From NCBI GenBank assembly GCA_046594805.1, contig JBKJRG010000530.1, forward strand, positions 1 to 36,372: 36,372 nt of DNA, given 5' to 3'. This document shows, piece after piece, positions 28,207 to 36,372 of the stretch (its first letter is position 1; each line of letters opens with the position of its first letter). The position numbers and the translations under genes were made by a program. The DNA is from Opitutaceae bacterium. GTDB lineage: Bacteria; Verrucomicrobiota; Verrucomicrobiia; Opitutales; Opitutaceae. Under the pieces are notes generated by a model that saw nothing but the letters and a program-made list of their open reading frames with translations, made no database searches and was not told the DNA's origin.

Positions 28207-28821
28207 GTGAATCCGAAACTCTGGCCCAACCTTCTCAGCGGGACGCGCATCGCCCTGATGCCAGCCGTCCTGCTGTCAGCGGTGGCGGGATCGAAGCCCT
28301 GGTTCATTGCGCTGCTGGCCGCCTCGTTGGCCACGGATGCGCTCGACGGGTTTCTGGCGCGGCGGCTGAACGCATTTTCCGATTTTGGCCGGAAGCTGGA
28401 TAGCGCAGCGGATTACCTGACGATGATCACGGGGATCGCGGGGATTGCGCTGCTCTGGCCGGACATCGTGAAACGGGAGCTGACGTGGATCGTGGTCGGC
28501 TTGGGAGCGTTTTTCGCGGTCATCGTCTTTGGCTTCGTCCGGCTGGGCCGGGCGCCCTGTTATCACACGTGGCTGGCCAAGGCCGGCGCGGTGGGTTGCG
28601 CGTTCTCCCTGATTCCGCTGCTCGTCGGCTGGTCTGCGGTGCCTTTCCATGTCATGGTCGTCGTGGAAGTGATCGGAGCGCTGGAGGAGATGGTGATCGC
28701 GCTGCTGCTGCCCTCGCACACCGGGGAAATGGCGACGGTGTGGCATGCGTGGCGGCAGCGCGGCGACAGCATGGCGCTGTTGACGCCGCTGCGGCGTTCG
28801 CGCAAGTCGAAGGAGCGATGA
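28207..28821 (+). CDS. CDP-alcohol phosphatidyltransferase family protein
   Basis: PNLLSGTR, TDALDGFLARR..FGRKLDSAAD. Confidence 0.9.
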   Translation: MNPKLWPNLLSGTRIALMPAVLLSAVAGSKPWFIALLAASLATDALDGFLARRLNAFSDFGRKLDSAADYLTMITGIAGIALLWPDIVKRELTWIVVGLGAFFAVIVFGFVRLGRAPCYHTWLAKAGAVGCAFSLIPLLVGWSAVPFHVMVVVEVIGALEEMVIALLLPSHTGEMATVWHAWRQRGDSMALLTPLRRSRKSKER

Positions 28822-29621
28822 GCGACGACGGGCAGCAAAGCTTCCTCGGATTTTTTGCGCCGACCCCGGGCGTGCACCGCGAGCCGCCGCGGGCGGATCA
28901 CCGACCGGGCCCGGGCCTGGCTCATCCGCATCCGGCGATCCTTTCGCCGGCGGTGAATCATGAAGTGGTTTTCGAAAGGAGCCCGCGGGCGCGAAATTAC
29001 CGGCTGACCCTGCGGCGCGACGGCACGGCGGTGGCGACCATCCCGGTCCGCGGTTCGGAGCGTGAAGCGCTGCGCTTCGTGGCCCAGCACCGGGACTGGC
29101 TGGAACGCGCGCGCGCGCGGCAACAGCGGCGTCCTCGCGCGGCGGAGGTTTGGACCATCGGCACGCATATATTGTGGCGGGGCGAGATGACCGAGGTCCG
29201 CGTGGCGGCGGACGGCGAGCGACCGCAGGTTTGCCTGGCGGCGGATCTTTTCCGGGTGGCGAAGCTGGCGGGTGATTTGCGCCCGACCCTGGAGGCCCAT
29301 TTTGCGCGCAAGGCCAAGGTGGAGCTGCCGGCGCGCACGTGGGAATTGTCCGCCATCACGGGCGTCGAAGTGAAACATGTGACGGTGCGCAACCAGCGTT
29401 CGCGCTGGGGCTCCTGCTCGGCGAGCGGGACAATTTCGCTGAACTGGCGGCTGGTGCAGACGCCGGAGCTGGTCCGCGACTACATCGTTTACCACGAGCT
29501 GATGCATCTGCGGGAGATGAACCATTCCGAGCGCTTTTGGGCGCGGGTGGAGGAAGTGTGCCCCGGCTGGCGCGAGGCGGAGCGCTGGATCAAGCGGAAT
29601 GGAGCGCTGGTGGGGCTGTGA
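28818..29621 (+). CDS. YgjP/DUF45-like (M48/SprT-type) metallopeptidase-family protein
   Basis: QRSRWGSCS, LNWRL, YIVYHELMHL..NHSERFW; ATG at 28818 overlaps the previous stop. Confidence 0.88.
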   Translation: MSDDGQQSFLGFFAPTPGVHREPPRADHRPGPGLAHPHPAILSPAVNHEVVFERSPRARNYRLTLRRDGTAVATIPVRGSEREALRFVAQHRDWLERARARQQRRPRAAEVWTIGTHILWRGEMTEVRVAADGERPQVCLAADLFRVAKLAGDLRPTLEAHFARKAKVELPARTWELSAITGVEVKHVTVRNQRSRWGSCSASGTISLNWRLVQTPELVRDYIVYHELMHLREMNHSERFWARVEEVCPGWREAERWIKRNGALVGL

Positions 29622-29628
29622 AAAATTT

Positions 29629-29704
29629 GTAGGGGCGTCGCTTGACGACGCCCGGTGTGGCTGCGGCTTCCAGCCGCAGACCATCGGCTGGAAGCCGATG
29701 CCAC
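29629..29704. repeat. REP-like hairpins between convergent genes
   Basis: GTAG-GGGCGTCG..CGACGCCC (29629-29653); GTGG..GGCTTCCAGCCG/CGGCTGGAAGCC..CCAC (29657-29704). Confidence 0.75.
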
Positions 29705-29705
29705 G

Positions 29706-30239
29706 TCATCGCCAGTCGAGCAGCTCGACCTCGAAAATCAGCGTGGCCCTTGGCCCTATTTTCCCGCGCGTGCCTTTTTCGCCGTAGGCCAGCCAGTGCG
29801 GGATGATCAACGTTCGTTTCTCGCCCTTGTGCATCGTGCGAAAGGCTTCATCCCAACCGCGAATCACCGCACCCGTGCCGAGGCGAAACGTGAAGGGCGA
29901 GCCGCGGCGGTAGGAGCTGTCGAATTCGGTGCCGTCGAGCAACCGGCCCGCGTAGTGGCAGATCACTTCATCGCCGACTCCGGGCGTGGCCTCGCCCGTG
30001 CCGGGGTTGCGCACCAAATAGCGCAAACCGGAGGGATGCCGGTGCGCCGTGCCCCACGTTTGCGCGATGACCGCTTCGTCGTCGACGGTCAGTTGGGGGT
30101 TCTGGGCATTGATCGCTTCCCGCATGGCGCTGTTGATGGGGCGACCCGGGTTTTTGCGGGCCAGGATGCCAGAGCGGGTCACGAGCGCAGCCGTGGCGAG
30201 CAGGGTGCCGAGCAGGAGCAGGATGAAAAGGCTGCGCAT
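29706..30239 (-). CDS. FKBP-type peptidyl-prolyl isomerase
   Basis: HYAGRLLDGTEFDSS, VIRGWDE, LAYG, LIFEVELL. Confidence 0.93.
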   Translation of the reverse strand: MRSLFILLLLGTLLATAALVTRSGILARKNPGRPINSAMREAINAQNPQLTVDDEAVIAQTWGTAHRHPSGLRYLVRNPGTGEATPGVGDEVICHYAGRLLDGTEFDSSYRRGSPFTFRLGTGAVIRGWDEAFRTMHKGEKRTLIIPHWLAYGEKGTRGKIGPRATLIFEVELLDWR

Positions 30240-30292
30240 GGTTCGGGCACAGAGTACGCGTGGGTCGCCCCGCGTGGCAACTGTCGCGAGCG

Positions 30293-30733
30293 CTACTTCG
30301 CGCTCGAGGTGTGATCCTGGATAATCTGCCAGCCGGCCGGAGTTTTTTTCAGCGTGAGGGTGAACAGGCCGCTGGGCGCGTCTTTTTCGCGCGTGAGTTT
30401 CCAGCGGCCGAACGCGAGGGCGGAGTCGGGCGCCAGTGGAGTGACGACGAGCTCGCTAAACGCGAGTGTGCCCATCGCGGCCTTGTCCGGATAATTTTTC
30501 CGATAGCGGTCCAACGTTGCCTGCCAGCCGTAAGTGACGGTGCCGCCCGAGGCGAAACGCAGCTCCCCGGTCGGAACGTAGGCCGCCATGAAACCTTCCA
30601 GGTCGCCGCGGTTCCAAGCCGCGGATTGCGCGGCGAGCATCTCAGAGATCTCGCGCGTCGCCGGCGTTTCGGCGGGGGATGCGGACAGGCGGACGAGGAC
30701 GCAGAGGCATGCGAACAGGACTGGGAATTTCAT
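30293..30733 (-). CDS. NTF2/SnoaL-like (DUF4440) exported protein
   Basis: AAWNRGDLEGFM..GLFTL..GWQIIQDHTS. Confidence 0.85.
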   Translation of the reverse strand: MKFPVLFACLCVLVRLSASPAETPATREISEMLAAQSAAWNRGDLEGFMAAYVPTGELRFASGGTVTYGWQATLDRYRKNYPDKAAMGTLAFSELVVTPLAPDSALAFGRWKLTREKDAPSGLFTLTLKKTPAGWQIIQDHTSSAK

Positions 30734-32076
30734 TTTTTGGCGAGCAGCTCCAATGCTGCGGCGGTCGTGACGGTGATGCCGGTCTTGATCGTCGGCTCGG
30801 GCAGCGGCGCGAACTTGCTGGAATGCAGCGAAGGCAGACCCACGCCCGTGCGCTCACTCTCGGCCACTTTCTCGGGCGCGACGGCGCCGACCCAGATCAT
30901 GCTGATCGGCACTTTCTCGGTCGTGAGGCTGAACTGGCTGAAATCCTCGGAGCCCATCTGGGGTTCGAAGGGTTTCACCGCGTCCGCACCAAGCCAGTCC
31001 ACCATCACGCCCCGGAGACGCCGGGTGAGGGCGGGATCGTTATAAACGGCGGGCGCGGCTTGTGCCTCGTCCACGTTCACGATGGGGAAAAGATTTTCCG
31101 GCACCCCGGCGGAAATCGCCTCGCCCCGGCAGATGCGTTGCAACGCCGCGATCGTGTGCTTGCGCACCGCGGCCGAGTAGGAGCGCAGCGTGAGCTGCAG
31201 TTTTACCTCGTCGGGGATGATGTTGCTTTTTGTGCCGCCATGGATGGAGCCAACGGTCACGACGCAGGGATCGGTCGGCTTGGTTTCCCGGCTGACGATG
31301 GTCTGCAGCGCCACGACGATCCGGGCGGCGAGCACCACAGGATCGATCGTGGTGTGCGGCCAGGCACCATGGCCGCCGCGGCCGCGCACCGTGATTTCGA
31401 CCGTGTCCACGTTGGCGAGAAAGAATCCCTCGACGATGCCCACGGTCCCCGCGGCGAGCGTCGCGTTGTCATGCAGCGCGATCGCAAAATCGGGTTTCGG
31501 GAAGCGACGGTACAGCCCGGCGGCGAGCATGGCGCGGGCCCCGGCCACGGTTTCCTCCGCGGGCTGGCCCACCAGCACGAGCGTGCCGGACCAGCGCTCG
31601 CGGAGCGATGCGAGGGTGCGGGCAGTGCCGACGAGGCAGGTCATGTGGATGTCGTGTCCACAGGCGTGCATCAGCGGAACGTCGCGGCCGCTGAGGTCCT
31701 TCCCCCGCGCGACGCTCGCGTAGGGCAGCCCGGTTTCCTCCAGCACCGGCAATCCGTCGAGATCGGCACGGATCAGCAGGGTGGGTCCGGGGCCATTTTT
31801 CAGGACGGCCACCACGCCATGCCCGCCAAATTTTTCGGTGACCTCATAACCTGCGCTGCGCAGCTCGCTCGCGATTCTCGCGGCGGTCTTCTCCTCCATC
31901 AGCGACAATTCCGGATTGGCGTGCAAGTGCCGATAAAGCGCATCGAGCGAGGGATACTCGGCGGCGACCTTGCTTGCGACCGCCTCCTTGAGGCCGGCGT
32001 CGGCGCCGCGCGCAGCGCTGGCAAGCAGGAGGAGACAGGGCAGGAGGGTCGCCAGGTGGCGGGGGTGGATTTTCAT
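30730..32076 (-). CDS. M20 family amidohydrolase
   Basis: LHANPELS, RADLDGLP, MHACGHD, QPAEE, MGSEDFS, LHSSKF. Confidence 0.92.
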   Translation of the reverse strand: MKIHPRHLATLLPCLLLLASAARGADAGLKEAVASKVAAEYPSLDALYRHLHANPELSLMEEKTAARIASELRSAGYEVTEKFGGHGVVAVLKNGPGPTLLIRADLDGLPVLEETGLPYASVARGKDLSGRDVPLMHACGHDIHMTCLVGTARTLASLRERWSGTLVLVGQPAEETVAGARAMLAAGLYRRFPKPDFAIALHDNATLAAGTVGIVEGFFLANVDTVEITVRGRGGHGAWPHTTIDPVVLAARIVVALQTIVSRETKPTDPCVVTVGSIHGGTKSNIIPDEVKLQLTLRSYSAAVRKHTIAALQRICRGEAISAGVPENLFPIVNVDEAQAAPAVYNDPALTRRLRGVMVDWLGADAVKPFEPQMGSEDFSQFSLTTEKVPISMIWVGAVAPEKVAESERTGVGLPSLHSSKFAPLPEPTIKTGITVTTAAALELLAKK

Positions 32077-33215
32077 CGAGGTTCGAGTTTACCGATCAGT
32101 CCGTCGAGGACGGCGTCGGCCTGGAGCTTGATTCGTTGCTGCGGCGAGGGCGGGCGATCCGGTGGAGCGGCTTTTTGCTGGCGGGTAAAATCGGCTTCGC
32201 CGGTGGCGCGGGCCGCCTTGAGGAACCTCTCCTTGGCCTCGTGCATCGCGCCGCTGTCGGTGAACTCCTTCGCCGTCCCGGCGCGGCCGACGAAGGCGGG
32301 AGTGGATTCATCGCCAAGCCAGACGCGCCATTCGTCCTCATCCGCAAAATAAACCGCGAGCGCGCCGCGGCGGTCCACCCCGAATTTCCCCGCGAGCGCG
32401 CGCATGAAGGCCCCGGGCTTTACATCCTCGGCGGCAGTGGGCGATTTTGCCTGAAGGCGCGCGACGATCTTGACGCCCGTGGCGCGCTCGAAGTTCGCGA
32501 GCTTGTAGTTGAAGTTCCGCGCCCGCGGCGGCTCCGCGGGCAGCAATCCGGCGGGATCGTGGAAATGCGCGGCGGCTCCGGCCTCGCGCGCGCCGGCGTA
32601 ATTTTTGGCCTTCGCCCGCAGCGCGGCGAAAGCGGCTTCGCCCGCCTGGAACGCGCGGGCGGCGGTGCCGCGTCGGACAATCTTCACCGTCATCGCGTCG
32701 CCTTGTTTGATCTGGGGCAGGTATTCGAGTCCGGCGACGACGCGGCCGAAAACCGAGTGCAGGTAATCCAGCCGCCGCGTTTCGCGCAGCGTGAGGAAAA
32801 ATTGCGAGCCGTTGGTGTCGGGCCCGTCATTCGCCATTGACAGCACGCCGGCGGCATCATGGCGCAGCCCCGGAACGAATTCGTCCGGGAAGGCATAGCC
32901 CGGCCCGCCTTCGCCGGTGCCGGCGGGATCGCCGCCCTGCACGACGAAGTCGGGCACGACCCGGTGGAATTTTAGCCCGTCGAAATACGGGCGCCGTGGT
33001 GCCGGGCCGAGGGTGCCTTCGGCGAGACCGACAAAACTGGCCACGGTCAGCGGTGTTTTCTGGAAAAACAGCTCGCAGGTCACCGTGCCGTGCGGAGTTT
33101 GGATCTCCGCGTAGAGCCCATCCCCTTGCGCGGCGGCGTCGGCGGCGCGCGCCGGAATGAGAAGCGCGCCGAGCGCACACCAACCGGCGAGGAGCGGGGC
33201 GGACGAGCGGATCAT
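32073..33215 (-). CDS. Cyclophilin-type PPIase with extra C-terminal domain
   Basis: FHRVVPDFVVQGGDP, LSMANDGPDTNGSQFF, HSVFG; ATG at 33215. Confidence 0.9.
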   Translation of the reverse strand: MIRSSAPLLAGWCALGALLIPARAADAAAQGDGLYAEIQTPHGTVTCELFFQKTPLTVASFVGLAEGTLGPAPRRPYFDGLKFHRVVPDFVVQGGDPAGTGEGGPGYAFPDEFVPGLRHDAAGVLSMANDGPDTNGSQFFLTLRETRRLDYLHSVFGRVVAGLEYLPQIKQGDAMTVKIVRRGTAARAFQAGEAAFAALRAKAKNYAGAREAGAAAHFHDPAGLLPAEPPRARNFNYKLANFERATGVKIVARLQAKSPTAAEDVKPGAFMRALAGKFGVDRRGALAVYFADEDEWRVWLGDESTPAFVGRAGTAKEFTDSGAMHEAKERFLKAARATGEADFTRQQKAAPPDRPPSPQQRIKLQADAVLDGLIGKLEPR

Positions 33216-33387
33216 GCGCCGGACGGTGCACCATGGTCGCTGCGGCGACAACGAAACTCTCAAGGGGCGGGGCGGAGCCGTGAGCGCTTTCCGATCGACA
33301 ATGGGGATGCGGCGCCTTCGCCGCGCCTGTCTCATTCAACCGCGGCGAGGGCGCCGCGGCCCCATTGGTTCAACATTCAGCCGGCCC

Positions 33388-33720
33388 TCACGCCGGGAGG
33401 AAAGAGCAGATGTACTCGCAAAGCCCGGCACTCACCGCGATGGAGAAGCCGCTTTTCCCTGGGACGTCAAAAAAAGTGCCGGCCCCATATTCCTGCGTGG
33501 TCGACGCTCCATCCAGCGTAACGCGGCAGGATCCGCTCACGATTTCCATCCGCTCGGGCGCGCCAGTGTTGAAGTGATAGGATCCAGGACGGATCAAACC
33601 GAGCGTTTTCTTGGACTCATCCCTGAACATCACCGTGTGGCTCACGACGTTGCCGTCGAAGTACACGTTGGCCTTGGTGAGCACCGTCACGCTGTCGAAC
33701 TGCGAGGGAAGCGAGGACAT
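33388..33720 (-). CDS. ppnP: Pyrimidine/purine nucleoside phosphorylase (DUF1255)
   Basis: KANVYFDGNVVS..KKTLG..FNTGAPERMEI..YICSF. Confidence 0.9.
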   Translation of the reverse strand: MSSLPSQFDSVTVLTKANVYFDGNVVSHTVMFRDESKKTLGLIRPGSYHFNTGAPERMEIVSGSCRVTLDGASTTQEYGAGTFFDVPGKSGFSIAVSAGLCEYICSFLPA

Positions 33721-33776
33721 TGTTTTGGGTGATGCCGTTGTCGGCGGCGCGATGCAAGTGCGCTGTGGGTGGGCCC

Positions 33777-34742
33777 TCACTTCTCCGGGATCTCCAGGTG
33801 CATCCCCACCGTGAGCGGTCGTCCATTGCCCAGCTGTTTCTCGTTGGCGTCGTAAATCTGCCGCCAGCGGTCGGGTGCATTGTAGTACTTCTGGGCGAGT
33901 CGTTCCAGAGTGTCGCCGGCCGCGACCACGTGGGTGCGGGGCGCGGTGGCGGGGGCAACCGGCGTCCCGCCGCCAGCGAGGCGTAACTTTTCAGCGTCGG
34001 TGCGCAACTCGGCGGTGGCAGAGGCGTCGGCCGGCGGGGCCTTGGCCAGGCGGAGCGTGGCGGGGGCGGCTGCTCCCGGGTCGACCGAGGTGGAGGTGGG
34101 ACTGCCGCCCGCGGCGAGGACGGCGCTGAGTTGCGCGCGCGCGGCGTTGGCGGCCTGGTCCGCGCGCGCACGGGCCTCTTTTTGCGCCAGCAATTCGTTG
34201 TTAAGCTGGCCGAGCTCCGCTCGCGCCTGCTCCTGCCGCGTGACGGCGGTGCTCAGTTGCCCGGCGAGCGTCGTATTTTCCGTGCGGGCCTGTTGGACCT
34301 CGGCGCGCAGCCGCGCGTTCTCCTCCTGCAGCTGGGTAAAGTTGCGGAGGGAAACCGCGAGTTTCTCCTCGACGGCCGCCAGCAGCGGATTGGACCCGCT
34401 GCGGCTCGAAGCTGCCGGGGGTTCCGACTGCAACCGGGCGTGGGTGGCGCGGAGGGTCGCGAGCTCCCGCGTTGTTGCATTCAACTGTGCCACGAGATCT
34501 GCGCCGGGGCTGGCGCCGCCTGCGCGGTCAACGCTGGCCCGCAACGCGTCGCCCTCCCGGCGGACGATGGCGAGCTCCTGCTTCAGCATTTTGTGCTCGG
34601 TCGCGAGGCTGGTGTAAGCCTCCGCCATGCCGGCGTCGCCCGTCGAAGTTGCCCCCGCGGGCAGCCGGCCGAAATGGATCAAACCGCAGCCGGGCAGGAG
34701 CAACAGGGCGATGAGGGCGAGCGCGGAGCGGGCGGGAAGCAT
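33777..34742 (-). CDS. LysM-domain coiled-coil lipoprotein
   Basis: Lipobox LPGC; heptad coiled coil; HVVAAGDTLERLAQKYY..IYDAN. Confidence 0.85.
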   Translation of the reverse strand: MLPARSALALIALLLLPGCGLIHFGRLPAGATSTGDAGMAEAYTSLATEHKMLKQELAIVRREGDALRASVDRAGGASPGADLVAQLNATTRELATLRATHARLQSEPPAASSRSGSNPLLAAVEEKLAVSLRNFTQLQEENARLRAEVQQARTENTTLAGQLSTAVTRQEQARAELGQLNNELLAQKEARARADQAANAARAQLSAVLAAGGSPTSTSVDPGAAAPATLRLAKAPPADASATAELRTDAEKLRLAGGGTPVAPATAPRTHVVAAGDTLERLAQKYYNAPDRWRQIYDANEKQLGNGRPLTVGMHLEIPEK

Positions 34743-34825
34743 TCCGCGATGAAGCCGCAATTATCCCGCGGGGCAATCTTTCGCACCGGCCGCCGCGTGG
34801 CGCGGACGGATCACCGAATCGACGG

Positions 34826-36184
34826 CTACGGGATCCGCAGCGGGCGGCCCACCACGAGATTATTGCTCTCGCCCAGGACGTCGCGGTTGGCGGCGAGAAT
34901 CTCGCCCCAGCGCGCCGGCGTTCCATAATAGAGCGCGGAAATCTTGGCGAGGGTGTCGCCGCCGGTGACGACATGCACGCGCTGGCCGTTCGCCTCCGTC
35001 TTGCCGCCGGGACGATTCCCACCGGGAGCGCTGGCGACGAGGGTGGCATTCACGCTGCTGCCCCCCGTCTTGGTCGCGGCGGCCTGCTCGGCCCCGAGGT
35101 CAATTCGCGGACCGTCGGTGGGAGCGACCGGGCGGGCCGTGGCGATGCGCGACTTGAGGGTTTTGTTTTCCTCGGTCAGTGCAACGGCTCGGGTCTGCGC
35201 GTCGCGCAATTGTTCCTGCAGGGGCTGAACCTGGGTCACGGCGGAAGCTTTCAACTGGGAGTTTTCCTCGCGCAGCAGGGCGGCGGCGCGAGTCGCCTCG
35301 ACGAGCTGGGCCTCCAACTTGGCGGTTTCGGCCGGACTGGCGGCGGAACCGGCGCCCGCGAGTTGACTCTGGAGGACGGTGCGCTCGGCCTCGAGCGAAC
35401 CGACCTTCGCCCGAAGGGCGCTGAGCTGTTGCTGCAGGACGATGTTTTCGGCGGCGTGCTCGCCGGCGAGCGAGCGCACCCGGCCTGCGCTCCCCGCACG
35501 CTGCTGCGCCAGCAACGAGGAGTTCGGGGCCACGGTTTTCAGCTCGGTGCGAAGCAATTCAATGTCCTGCTCGGCATTCAGCCGGGCCTCTTTTTGGGAG
35601 AGGAGTTCCGTGTTGAGCTGGGCCAGCGCCGCCTGCGCCTGCTCACTCTGGCCAGTGATGGTTTTGACCTGAGTGGTCAGGGCGATGTTTTCGTCGCGAG
35701 TGCGAACCACATCGGTGCGCAGTCGGGTCACTTCGTCCTGCAATTCGGTGAACGTGCGCAACGAAGCCGCGAGCTTTTCCTCGGTGGCGCCCAGCCGGGC
35801 CTTGAGCGCGCTGGCCTCGCCGGCCGTCGCGATGGCCTGGTTCCGCTCCTGCTGGAGGGTCGCGTAACTGGCGCGGAGCTTGGCGAGCTCGCCGCTGGTC
35901 TGGTTGAGTTTTTCGACCAGCCGCTTCGAGGTGTCGCCATCCGCCGCGCGGTTCTCGATCGCCATGCGCAAGGCGTCACCCTGCGCGCGCGTGAGAGCGA
36001 GTTCCTGCTGCAGTATTTTTTTTTCCAGCCGCAGGTCTGAGTTATCCTTCAGTAATTTTTCGTCGCCCACGACCGTGGTGACGGTCACCGGCGCAGGCCG
36101 GCGGCCCAGATGCACGTACCCGCATCCGCTCAGAACGAGCATGGCGGGAACGCTGACCCAAAGGGCGGAAATCCGCAGGCGCAT
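34826..36184 (-). CDS. LysM-domain coiled-coil lipoprotein (paralog)
   Basis: Lipobox LSGC; long coiled coil; HVVTGGDTLAKISALYYG..ILAAN. Confidence 0.85.
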   Translation of the reverse strand: MRLRISALWVSVPAMLVLSGCGYVHLGRRPAPVTVTTVVGDEKLLKDNSDLRLEKKILQQELALTRAQGDALRMAIENRAADGDTSKRLVEKLNQTSGELAKLRASYATLQQERNQAIATAGEASALKARLGATEEKLAASLRTFTELQDEVTRLRTDVVRTRDENIALTTQVKTITGQSEQAQAALAQLNTELLSQKEARLNAEQDIELLRTELKTVAPNSSLLAQQRAGSAGRVRSLAGEHAAENIVLQQQLSALRAKVGSLEAERTVLQSQLAGAGSAASPAETAKLEAQLVEATRAAALLREENSQLKASAVTQVQPLQEQLRDAQTRAVALTEENKTLKSRIATARPVAPTDGPRIDLGAEQAAATKTGGSSVNATLVASAPGGNRPGGKTEANGQRVHVVTGGDTLAKISALYYGTPARWGEILAANRDVLGESNNLVVGRPLRIP

Positions 36185-36246
36185 CACTTTTGATGAAAAG
36201 ATGAATGTTTGACGGCGCAATCTTGGGGGCATGCGGGATATACGAA

Positions 36247-36372
36247 TTATGGAATCCGCAGTGTCCGGCCCGCGACCAGACTGCGCTCATCGCGCAGCAC
36301 ATCCCGATTGGCAGCCAAGATTTCCTGCCACCGGTTGGGGGTGCCGTAATAGCGCCGCGAAATCGCGGAAAG
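36247..36372 (-). CDS. C-terminal LysM domain of a third protein (partial, missing from ORF track)
   Basis: Manual translation LSAISRRYYGTPNRWQEILAANRDVLRDERSLVAGRTLRIP*. Confidence 0.85.
   Translation of the reverse strand, partial: LSAISRRYYGTPNRWQEILAANRDVLRDERSLVAGRTLRIP

Overview
GC-rich bacterial chromosome segment, probably Verrucomicrobiota/Opitutae-like (inferred from protein style and repeat families, not proven). Core genes lie at both ends: prmB on the left (5'-truncated) and, from about 21.8 kb, rhodanese, metW-metX, yidC-yidD-rnpA-rpmH, a metallophosphoesterase, a CDP-alcohol transferase, a YgjP-like protease, two PPIases, an M20 amidohydrolase, ppnP and three tandem LysM proteins. 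Between them is a ~20 kb accessory zone bracketed by two related repeat mosaics in inverted orientation. It holds (i) an orphan XRE gene among helically phased 10-11 bp repeats; (ii) a ~9.5 kb defence island with a minus-strand arm (truncated DNA methyltransferase, XRE with a tandem palindromic operator, ImmA/IrrE peptidase, RelE-like/UvrD helicase) and a plus-strand nuclease run (Mrr-like, HNH, SBD-HNH, DUF429, small membrane ORF, TM-NERD); (iii) a decayed REP-associated tyrosine transposase (RAYT) 5' end, with related GGGGTCA...TGACCCC palindromes at the island junctions; (iv) a TonB receptor/hydrolase/oxidoreductase block flanked by ~110 bp direct repeats. An unannotated ~355 nt multi-helix element next to rpmH is a candidate ncRNA. 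All family calls are motif recognition by eye; no searches were run.
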